From assembly GCA_020137815.1 (NCBI GenBank), contig CM035357.1, positions 3,410,001 to 3,474,000 on the forward strand: DNA of 64,000 nt. Direction: 5' to 3'. The stretch is from Hormiphora californensis (lineage: Eukaryota > Animalia > Ctenophora). Of the stretch, positions 24,105-64,000 are shown piece by piece. Under the pieces are notes generated by a model. The model had not been told where the DNA came from. It made no database searches and saw only the letters and a program-made list of their open reading frames with translations. The position numbers were made by a program, and so were the translations under genes. Within the stretch, counting starts at the first letter, position 1; each line of letters begins with the position of its first letter.

Positions 24105-27100
24105 CCATCTCTACCACTCGAACCTCCTCGTAAGAAGAAAAAGGCAAGGGTGAGTCTCGTAGACAGAACACGATTTTTTGTCTATCTGGCAGCGCCGTGC
24201 ACCCGATCTGGGCGCTCTGTCCTCAACTTGAGAATCTAGACGGGGGGGGGGACAGATTATTGTATAATTCTTGTTCGACCAGCCTTCTCACTGTGTGCCA
24301 CTTTTCAGAGTACGTTTGAAAGGAAGATTGTGAAAGAGACCCCGTACCAAGCCAAGGTGGTGAGAAGGAACCCCTCCCGACACGCTCGGAACACCATCGA
24401 TCATGTACCCGATGGTGAGTGAGCCTACCATATCTCTTATTGGGCATATTAGTATTGGCCTGGCCCTATTTGATTATCATTTCGTTCGAATAAGGAAACA
24501 GCGGTCAGAGCATTGGCCTAACAACTTTCTCTCCCCATCTTTCTTTGTTTATATCTTTCTCGGGCGTTATTTTATTGTTTGAATTTATTATAATTCACCC
24601 ACGTGTGCTGAATAATGAACCCCCAATGATTGTATAGGTGTCGAGGTAGCGTTACGGGAGAGTGGAGACCACGATGAGTTTTTTGAGACCCCCATTTGTC
24701 TCTCAACATCTACGGGCCGCTATCATGTAAGATCATATCATAATATCAGATCAGATAATCGTACAGTACCGATGATTATGTGAGATTGTATCCCCTCTTT
24801 TTGCTTGAAGACCCCTTACTCAACAACTTTTTGCTGGACGCAAAATTTAGCGATTTGAATTTACAATTACCATGTAAATTTACAACTACTGTGTATTTTT
24901 TTCAGAACAGACCAGTGAGAGAGGTAGAAGTTGAATTCAAAACTGAGGAGGATCGAGAGAAGTGGAATGAAGATGTATCTAAACCAGCGGAGCATTTTAC
25001 AGACAAAATCTACAGTGCTAATGTAGGTTTAATTCATTCTAAATATTTTTGTTCCACTTTTATTAATTAGTAATACATAATTGACACCCATTAACCCCGC
25101 CTAATCGACACTAATTAACTCTTTACATTACCACACAGGGTACAACATGTCACCAGTGCCGACAAAAGACACTGGACGGTAAAACCCGGTGTAAGAACAT
25201 CAACTGCCCGGGACAGAGGGGGCAGTTTTGTAACGTTTGTCTGAAGAATAGATACGGAGAAAAGGTGCTGGATGCCCTACAGGATAAGGTATGTAGCGGG
25301 ATGTTCCACAAACATACTATTTATATCCACCCACAAACGACTTACGACATCTAATATCTCCCATAGTTCTGTAACTCACTACCCACCTGATCTAAGTGCA
25401 CTGTCGTTTGGAATCAAAACGGCCAGGCAAGAAAAATCCCCTTCACCCAACTTGTTCCCCACAACTTTTCCTACCCTGTAACCTCCTCTCCCTCCACAGA
25501 GATGGCTGTGTCCACCATGTCGGGGTATTTGCAACTGCTCCCTCTGTAACCCCTCTCCCTCTACAGAGATGGCTGTGTCCACCGTGTCGGGGTATTTGCA
25601 ACTGCTCCGTCTGTAACCCCTCTCCCTCTACAGAGATGGCTGTGTCCACCGTGTCGGGGTATTTGCAACTGCTCCGTCTGTAACCCCTCTCCCTCCACAG
25701 AGATGGCTGTGTCCACCGTGTCGGGGTATTTGCAACTGCTCCGTCTGTAACCCCTCTCCCTCTACAGAGATGGCTGTGTCCACCGTGTCGGGGTATTTGC
25801 AACTGCTCCGTCTGTAACCTCCTCTCCCTCCACAGAGATGGCTGTGTCCACCGTGTCGGGGTATTTGCAACTGCTCCGTCTGTAACCTCCTCTCTCCCTC
25901 TACAGAGATGGCTGTGTCCACCGTGTCGGGGTATTTGCAACTGCTCCGTCTGTAACCCCTCTCCCTCCACAGAGATGGCTGTGTCCACCGTGTCGGGGTA
26001 TTTGCAACTGCTCCGTCTGTAACCTCTCTCTCCCTCCACAGAGATGGCTGTGTCCACCGTGTCGGGGTATTTGCAACTGCTCCCTCTGTAACCCCTCTCC
26101 CTCTACAGAGATGGCTGTGTCCACCATGTCGGGGTATTTGCAACTGCTCCGTCTGTAACCCCTCTCCCTCCACAGAGATGGCTGTGTCCACCGTGTCGGG
26201 GTATTTGCAACTGCTCCGTCTGTAACCCCTCTCCCTCTACAGAGATGGCTGTGTCCACCATGTCGGGGTATTTGCAACTGCTCCGTCTGTAACCCCTCTC
26301 TCCCTCTACAGAGATGGCTGTGTCCGCCGTGTCGGGGTATTTGCAACTGCTCCGTCTGTAACCCCTCTCTCCCTCTACAGAGATGGCTGTGTCCGCCGTG
26401 TCGGGGTATTTGCAACTGCTCCGTCTGTAACCTCCTCTCTCCCTCTACAGAGATGGCTGTGTCCACCGTGTCGGGGTATTTGCAACTGCTCCGTCTGTAA
26501 CCCCTCTCTCCCTCTACAGAGATGGCTGTGTCCACCGTGTCGGGGTATTTGCAACTGCTCCGTCTGTAACCCCTCTCCCTCTAGAGAGATGGTTGTGTCC
26601 ACCGTGTCGGGGTATTTGCAACTGCTCCGTCTGCAACCCCTCTCCCTCTACAGAGATGGCTGTGTCCACCGTGTCGGGGTATTTGCAACTGCTCCGTCTG
26701 TAACCCCTCTCTCCCTCTACAGAGATGGCTGTGTCCGCCGTGTCGGGGTATTTGCAACTGCTCCGTCTGTAACCTCCTCTCTCCCTCTACAGAGATGGCT
26801 GTGTCCACCGTGTCGGGGTATTTGCAACTGCTCCGTCTGTAACCCCTCTCTCCCTCTACAGAGATGGCTGTGTCCACCGTGTCGGGGTATTTGCAACTGC
26901 TCCGTCTGTAACCCCTCTCCCTCTAGAGAGATGGTTGTGTCCACCGTGTCGGGGTATTTGCAACTGCTCCGTCTGTAACCCCTCTCCCTCTACAGAGATG
27001 GCTGTGTCCACCATGTCGGGGTATTTGCAACTGCTCCGTCTGTAACCCCTCTCCCTCTACAGAGATGGCTGTGTCCACCGTGTCGGGGTATTTGCAACTG

Positions 27101-28168
27101 CTCCGTCTGTAACCTCCTCTCTCCCTCCACAGAGATGGCTGTGTCCACCGTGTCGGGGTATTTGCAACTGCTCCGTCTGTAACCCCTCTCCCTCTACAGA
27201 GATGGCTGTGTCCACCGTGTCGGGGTATTTGCAACTGCTCCGTCTGTAACCTCTCTCCCTCCACAGAGATGGCTGTGTCCACCGTGTCGGGGTATTTGCA
27301 ACTGCTCCGTCTGTAACCCCTCTCCCTCTACAGAGATGGCTGTGTCCACCGTGTCGGGGTATTTGTAACTGCTCCGTCTGTAACCTCTCTCCCTCCACAG
27401 AGATGGCTGTGTCCACCGTGTCGGGGTATTTGCAACTGCTCCGTCTGTAACTCCCGCCGAGGAAGACCCCCAACTGGTGTGCTTCTACCCATCGCAATGG
27501 AAAAGGGGTTTTCTTGTGTCAAGGATTATTTGGAAAGGTGAGATTCTAAAAAAGGACGCGGGAAGTTTATTTGATGCAACATATATGTTGCTCAGAAGTG
27601 TTCATAGACTGTTCTGTTCAAGCCTTATCTCAATTCTTTTTGTTGAGTTACTCAAAAAATTATTTGCAGTGTCGAACAGAAGAAAGGAAAGAAACGAAGG
27701 GCTGGAGGAGAACTTGTTGTTGAATTTGATGATGAGAACAAAGAAAATATCGATCCGAGGGGAAATGTAAAACAGGTACATATTTTATTCTCTGGATCAG
27801 CTGTGTAGGGCTGACGGCACCGTCCGTGGTGGAGACAGTGTGAAGAGAGTGACCCCTGGCCCTGTGGTGAACTCACGTGGTCCCGAGTTTTATCACTATC
27901 AGGCATAGACGACTCGAGATTTTACAAAGTTTATTTGTAAGATTAAGAAAATTGTGAATTTGTAATCGTTTTTATTATATCGTGACCTGGAAATTTAAAC
28001 ATTCCATCCTCCCAGGAACTACAGACTGAGGGCATCAAAGTTGAACCACCGAGGGAGATAAAGGAGGAAATGTTAGAAGAGGACTGTTTCGAGAATATAG
28101 ATCCTGCACTAATTGAACAAGCATTGATTGCAGTCAAACAGGAATTGAGTGAAAAGGGAATTGAGTAA
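24105..28168 (+). pseudogene. CDCA7: Second, 5'-truncated CDCA7-like copy (tandem duplicate or uncollapsed haplotype)
   Basis: Starts in the middle of exon 2 (ccatctctaccactcgaacc). Exons 3-9 are nearly identical to copy 1, with TAA at 28166-28168. No exon 1 is present. Confidence 0.75.
25476..27451 (+). repeat. 29 copies of a 67-70 bp minisatellite made of a splice acceptor plus the first 51 nt of CDCA7 exon 7
   Basis: Unit ccctctccctctacag|AGATGGCTGTGTCCACCGTGTCGGGGTATTTGCAACTGCTCCGTCTGTAAC. Copy 1 has a single instance. Confidence 0.95.
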
Positions 28169-28223
28169 AAACAATGATGATTGAATTGGACTCTATAATT
28201 TTTAATTAATTTATTCTACCAGT

Positions 28224-28332
28224 CAGGAACCGACCGACACAAGTAAACAACCAATCAGAACTCGTTATTTAGGTCACGTGACTGGTTATCAGCCAATCAG
28301 GGACCAGTATTTCCTGATTCGGTCGGTTCCTG
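28224..28332. mobile_element. 109-bp hAT-like MITE
   Basis: TIR caggaaccgaccg/cggtcggttcctg with an 8-bp TSD ctaccagt on both sides. Confidence 0.9.
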
Positions 28333-28350
28333 CTACCAGTTATGCTCATA

Positions 28351-28743
28351 CAGTCGGACCCCGATTTACCGGGATCCTCGGGGGAAGCCATTTTGCCCGG
28401 TAAATCGGGGTGCCCGGCGAAGCCGGGTGGGTAATCAAAAAGCCCTTACTTGAGGCGCACCCAATGGGTGCGCTAGTTCTGTAAAATTTTGCAAAAAAAA
28501 GTTATGAAATTTTTCAAAGGTATACCAGCCACGTTCGAATCGTGTTTCGAATCGGGGCAACTTATCACGTGTCCTGCCGCTAATTAGACGGTTCGAAACG
28601 AACCGATACGTGATCCCCATTAGACCTAGCGAATTGCAAATGCAAGTTTACCAAGCGGCCAAACTTCGAAAATTTTCCAAAAAAAATCGGGGGAAAGAAA
28701 TCCTCCCGGTAAATCGGGGTTCCGGTAAATCGGGGTCCGACTG
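28351..28743. mobile_element. TA-flanked MITE (CAGTCGGACCCCGATTTACCGG family)
   Basis: TIRs with TA flanks. Relatives at 19583-19644, 19838-19923, ~33836-33918 and 35846-38440. Confidence 0.85.
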
Positions 28744-29032
28744 TACTATTATTATTTGCAGGTTCATTTTTACACTGGCAGCAGCATTTTTATCCATTTT
28801 TAACCTTTTGCATATCAATATATCATTATATTATTTCCTATTAAAGTTATTTTGTTACAACTTCATAGATCCGACTATTTTATTTGTTCCTGGAACGGGC
28901 ATTGGATTTGAGGTGGTCATTAAAAAGGATTACCATGACATGAGGGGTGACCCAAGAATCTCTGGAAAGATCTATTTATGTCCGTGGTGGTCCATTGTAT
29001 TGGTACCAATTATACCATTGCTACATTGGAGG

Positions 29033-30518
29033 GGCAATTTCGGATTAGCCGCAAACGTTGTCTGGACCTGTTTGGCGGCGGCGCCGTCAGACCAGATCAG
29101 AGCCAGATCGAGTCGACGCCGCCAGACAGGTCTGGACGGGCTTCAACGTTCAGACGCCGTCTGACCAATCTTGATCTTAAACGCGTTTTTCCCACAACCG
29201 AGACGGGATTGAACTTCAAGCCCGTCTCAAGTTCACTTCAAATTGAAGCTGACTTGAGACGAGCAACACTATACTGATACACGGTGTTCATTTTGGATCT
29301 TTACAAGCGTTGGGCTTCACCCAGAAGAAAGTTGACAAAATTAGCTTATGAAACTTCATACTTGGACTATTCTATACCCTCATTCAAGGTTCCTGGTGTT
29401 TTCGGAGCTCTAGCATCCCGGGAAGTGTGTTTTCGGTATCAAAACTACCAGAAGGAATTTTTTTGCTTGTGCTGAGACTTTGCTAAAATGTTTTTTGGGT
29501 ATTTTCTATCTCAAACTCAAAGTTTTATGATGATTTCATGTGTTTTTCGGTCTCAGAATTTCGAAAAAAGTGGCTGGAAAGACTCTAAAATGTCAATTTT
29601 TGAGCCATTTTAGAGTCTTTTCAGCCACTTTTTTCGAAATTCTGAGACCGAAAAACACATCCAATCATCATAAAACTTTGGGTTTGACATAGAAAATACC
29701 CAAAAAACATTTTAGCATAGTCTTAGCACCAGCAAAAATTCCTTCTGGTATGTAGTTTTGATGCCAAAAACACACTTCCTGGGGTGCTAGAGCTCCGAAA
29801 ACACCAGGAACCTTGAATGAGGGTATAGAATAGTCCAAGTATGAAGTTTCATAAGCTAAGTTAGCTGCTAACTTTGCCAACTTTTTTCTGGGTGAAGCCC
29901 AACGCGTTGCAACGCTTGTAAAGATCCAAAATGAACACCCTGTACAAGTGCAGGCGTGCGTTTATACGAGTTTTGACGAAATCGGACGGAACTTCTGAAA
30001 CCAAACACTGTTTGAAAGTGAAACACGTCTCAAGAATCAAAATGTGTCGCAAATTAGAATCTCCGTCTCAAAAACACACATTCAGGCGTTCTTGAGACGA
30101 AATTTCCAATTGGCGACACGTGTTCCGTCTGATTTCGTCCAGCTCAATGCTCATCAGTCTGATTTCGACTAACTACGTCTAAACCTTGGGCACGTCGCGC
30201 CCTCTTTTTTTCGCGAACCCCTCACACAGAGGCTTCGCAGCCAAGTCTAAACCGTAAAAAACGCACGTCTACTTGTAGCCCGTCTCAACCTGTCGTCCTG
30301 TCTGGCAGTGGCGCCGCCGACCCCATCTGAACGCACGACGAGTTGAGACATGTCTCAACTCGTCTTATTCAAGCCCGTCCTGTCTGGCGGCGCCAGACCA
30401 CAATTTGATTCTAAAATTTGAGCACGCGACAGTGTGCTCAGATGGGGTCGCGGCGCCAGACAGAGCCCGTCTTGGGGGAAACCGTCTAGACAATGTTTGC
30501 GGTTAATCCGAAATTGCC
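29033..30518. mobile_element. PIF/Harbinger-like non-autonomous element containing a nested MITE
   Basis: TIR ggcaatttcggatta(g/a)ccgcaaac(g/a)ttgtct(g/a)gac at both ends. Confidence 0.7.
29280..29942. mobile_element. Tc1/mariner-type palindromic MITE
   Basis: ta-cacggtgttcattttggatctttacaagcg ... cgcttgtaaagatccaaaatgaacaccctg-ta; almost entirely self-complementary. Confidence 0.85.
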
Positions 30519-30823
30519 TTATTTTTAACCGACCGGTAGGAAACTGAATAACAATTGGCTGAGATTTGTTAAAATCAATAAACGATTACACATTGTTTTT
30601 ACATATGGAGGATACGTAAAGTTAAAGATAAAATTTTCCAACTCAAAACGTAAACGGGAAGTGAAGTATTGATACCATGACCAAATAGCCACCAAAACTT
30701 TTGGCAAAAGGACTATTTTATTTTCTCCATAATATTTAACAACAAAATATAATAATAGTTTCATAAAAAATAAGAAAAAGAGTGTCATTTAAAGAGTTCG
30801 CAAACTCGAATTAAGTTAAGTGT

Positions 30824-60403
<29,580 letters not shown>

Positions 60404-60464
60404 ATCGCTGCAACCTAGAGTGAAATGATTTATGAAGGAGCAGTTGTTGCTATGTGTAACTAGG

Positions 60465-61213
60465 CACGGCGTGCCTGGTGAAATTTTAACACGACCTAGC
60501 ATGCGACGGGAAACCACCACTTGTACGTGAAAATAAGCAAGAAAAGTTGTCATTTTGACCGTTTTGCCTACTTAAATTTTCTACAAACCAACGATCTGTT
60601 ATTGGATTGGTATGAAATCTTGGATTTTAGTCGAAAATTGTCCCATAAACAACTTAAGCATGGTCCCGATTGACCATTTCAATCAGAAGTTTGTCGAAAA
60701 TTCCAAAATCCAAAAAACAAGAAAATCAAGTTACGGTTCTCCTAGTTGGCAGATTTCAACAATTTGCCCAAATCTAACCATAAATCGGATATACACGAAA
60801 ACTTGGTTCTTGGTAGAAAAATGACCATTTTAACGATTGGCACAAGTTTCAAATTCCTATCTCAACGTTTTCAATGGTTTAGGGGCCAAAAACCTCCAAA
60901 AAATGGTAAAAAATCAACTTTTGACCATTTTACAGTCATTTTAGAGATTCGACTTCAACGGCAATCGATTCTACGTGCAAAAATAGGTGGGGGTGACATA
61001 TTTCGTGTGCTAAGTCATTATGGATTTTTCGGGACCACGTTTAATATAGCCAATTTTGACCCAAATCAAATAAAAGTAAAAAAAAAGATTTTAGGGAATG
61101 GAATGTTTTTTCCCGCACCGTAGCGCCATTCTGTAGACCCTCAGCTACCACGTACAAGTGGTGGTTTCCCGTCGCATGCTAGGTCGTGTTAAAATTTCAC
61201 CAGGCACGCCGTG
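60465..61213. mobile_element. Chapaev-like (CMC) MITE with a 4-bp TSD
   Basis: ~65-bp TIR starting CACGGCGTGCCTGG, with TAGG duplicated at 60461-60464 and 61214-61217. Confidence 0.85.
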
Positions 61214-61354
61214 TAGGAGTGAGTTAGTAGGAGTGAGTTACTTAAATAATCAACCTGTATAGGATTCATGTTGATTATAGGATAAAGGGAAGCGGGGGCG
61301 ATGGGGATAAAGAGAAAGAGATCAAGAGAAAGATAGAGAGAAAGAAATAGAGAG

Positions 61355-61477
<123 letters not shown>

Positions 61478-61993
61478 CTTGAGGTAAAGCTTGGCTGCAG
61501 CTGTAGTGTCTACACTCATAACTCTTGCTTACATACCCTTTATCTTCTCTCAAATGTATACTTTCATATCAGGACTTCTGTTGTGTTTTCTGAGGGTTTG
61601 AAGCACGAGTGGATATTGTGTGAAGCAGTGTGAATTTGATCTATACAGGATTATTTTGGGACTTTCATCCATTTAAGTCAGTGATTGTCATCAGTTTTTT
61701 CCCCACATTATGTGAGCCGTTTTAATTCAGTTTTTCCAAGTTGGTCTTCTAAGAGAGTGTTTTTTTCTAACTTTGTATCCCGCTCTGATTGCCGTCAGTG
61801 GTAGTAGTTATATTTTGATCTACTGCCCCTGGACGGTATGGGCGGAATATAAGTACGTGTATTATTATTATTATTATTATTGTCTTTCGTCCTTTTTAGT
61901 CAGGGGTTTCAGCCGTTGAATTGGGCTGCTTTGTAGTATGTTACACCCCTATTATATATAATATGTAACAGGTTGTAACAGCAATATGTAACA

Positions 61994-63851
61994 ATGAAAC
62001 AGAAGTACCAGACCCTAGAGGAAAACACCCCAATTCTCCCTGGACCCGGGACATGCTCCCTGACCCCTGAAGCCATCAGGACCGCAGTGGCTGTCACCAT
62101 GGGAGGGTTCCTATTTGGTTATGATATTGGGGTAATGAGTGGAGCTCTGGTCAAGTTGTCTGAGGACACAGCCGGGGACTCAGCCTGGGGTCTAGATGAT
62201 AACCCTTTTAGGTAGGTAGCATGGGGTCTAGATGATAACCCTTTTAGGTAGATAGCATGGGGTCTAGATGATAACCCTTTTAGGTAGGTAGCATGTGGTC
62301 TAGATGATAACCCTTTTAGGTAGGTAGCATGGGGTCTAGATGATAACCCTTTTAGGTAGGTAGCATGGGGTCTAGATGATAACCCTTTTAGGTAGGTAGC
62401 ATGGGGTCTAGATGATAACCCTTTTAGGTAGGTAGCATGGGGTCTAGATGATAACCCTTTTAGGTAGCTGATGTAGTTGATTGTCTAAAACTAAACTAAT
62501 GTCTCCTTTTTATTACGGACTAGCGCACCCATTGGGTGCGCCTCAAGTAAGGGCTTTTTGATAACCCACCCGGCTTCGCCGGGTGGTTCTTTTCACCCCT
62601 TTCAACGTCAATAACACGGTTGCCATGGCAACTGAATTAGTAACTATGGGGACTGGCATGTTAAAAGTCATTCGAAAATATTAACCAACTTCCACTGGAA
62701 GTTCCAAAAGTGTGAATGACAGCTTTACAGCTTTGGGCACATAAAGTGTTTTATGAAGGAGCACTGTCGCGTAGAAACGCACTGAACGAACGGCCACTTC
62801 GACGACGTTCATCTCCAAATTCCATTGTTTTCCATACTCATTCGTCCGATTTACAGTCTCCTAACTAGCTATAAGTTGCAACTAACTACTAAGTTGCAAC
62901 TCGACATTTTCAGACAGGAAGTTGTAGTGTCTGCCACGATTATATTCGCTGCCATTGGATCCCTGCTCAGTGCACCGCTGAACAGGTCGTTAGGACGGAA
63001 ACCAGTCTTGTTGGGAGGGGCCCTGTTGTTTTCACTGTGCGGGGGTGTTATGGGTACCAGTTGGAACTGGTGGGTGCTAACATGCGGGAGAGCAATGGCA
63101 GGAATTGCAATAGGTCTCCTGTCGATGACAGCCCCACTTCTCATATCTGAACAGGTACTTAGTAACCATGGCAACCATACAGGTAACCATGGTAACACAC
63201 TTCTCATATCTGAAGACTGAACAGGTACTTAGTAACCATGGTATATCTGAACAGGTACTTTAGATTAGTGTAACCATGGTGGTAACCATGGTAACCATGG
63301 TAACCACTAACCATGGTAACATCTATATCTCCCTCCCACTTATAGATGGCTACAGAGTGGCGTGGTCCTGTCAACGTTGCAAATCAACTGATGATCACTG
63401 TAGGCATCCTGGTAGCTAGCATTGTAGCGGGAGGATTCTCTACAACTCCAGATGGGTAATATGTGCGATAAAGGAAAAAAGGCAAGGTCTACTCAGACCA
63501 AATATTTAGGAATGAAGTCTAAGTTCGAAAGTCTCGTCAAACGGATATAGATGTGTGTATCATACTGTTTCATATGGTAACCATGGTAACTCAGGTAACC
63601 ACAAGCCATGGTAACCATGGTAACCCAACTCTCTCTATTCCCTAGTTGGAGGTACATGTTGGGTTTATCTAGTGTCCCTGCTATTCTCATGGTGATGCTC
63701 GTGTGGTCCATCTCGGAGAGTGTTAGGTGGCTGGCACACAGTGGCAAACTGGGGGAGGCCAAGGCAGTGCTTCGGAAACTCAGGGATGACGATGTGGAGC
63801 TGGAGTGGGAGATGATCTTGGATGATATTGGGAACTGTAGTCAGGACGCAG
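61994..63851 (+). CDS. SLC2A13: MFS sugar porter, proton/myo-inositol cotransporter-like (5' part; gene continues past the window)
   Basis: Exons 61994-62211, ~62914-63154, ~63347-63455 and ~63646-63851 encode GGFLFGYDIGVMSGAL, QEVVVSATI, LGRKPVLL, GRAMAGIAIG, WRYMLGLSSVPA and ESVRWL. Confidence 0.85.
62186..62466 (+). repeat. Eight copies of a 36-bp exon-end/donor unit
   Basis: TGGGGTCTAGATGATAACCCTTTTAG|gtaggtagca repeated eight times. Confidence 0.95.
62519..62820 (-). mobile_element. Dispersed repeat fragment with a CCCGGCGAAGCCGGG hairpin (Helentron-like)
   Basis: Reverse complement of ~37870-38166; the same hairpin occurs at ~28413. Confidence 0.65.
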
Positions 63852-64000
63852 GTTCGTGATATTGGGAACTGTAGTCAGGACGCAGGTTCGTGATATTGGG
63901 AACTGTAGTCAGGACGCAGGTTTGTGATATTGGGAACTGTAGTCAGGACGCAGGTTCGTGATATTGGAAACTGTAGTCAGGACGCAGGTTCGTGATATTG
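63824..64000 (+). repeat. At least five copies of a 34-bp exon-end/donor unit, running off the window
   Basis: GATATTGGGAACTGTAGTCAGGACGCAG|gttcgt repeated. Confidence 0.95.

Noticed and set aside
25476-27451. CRISPR-like appearance of the regular arrays (also 62186 and 63824)
   Set aside because: There are no unique spacers and no cas genes, the context is eukaryotic, and the units are copies of exon junctions.

Overview
Intron-rich animal genomic DNA, tentatively a ctenophore or other non-bilaterian (inferred from nested genes, an LDLa-GPCR and a divergent vinculin; not provable here). From left to right: short degenerate CCCTAA repeats and palindromic repeats; a ~7.6 kb array of a ~470 bp unit; a minus-strand LDLa-repeat rhodopsin-class GPCR split by a 2.1 kb TIR element whose ends could serve as GT..AG splice sites; a complete CDCA7-like (zf-4CXXC_R1) gene followed by a 5'-truncated second copy; a ~30 kb minus-strand vinculin gene with an expanded head, candidate alternative exons and two nested intronic genes; and the 5' part of an SLC2A13/HMIT-like transporter. 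Many non-autonomous DNA transposons are present. The main unexplained pattern is that at least 14 exon-intron junctions in three unrelated genes are tandemly duplicated (2 to 29 copies). The extra splice-site copies lie on the intron side and mostly differ from the working exon at synonymous positions. Gene models were built by hand from splice signals and reading-frame continuity; no database searches were run.
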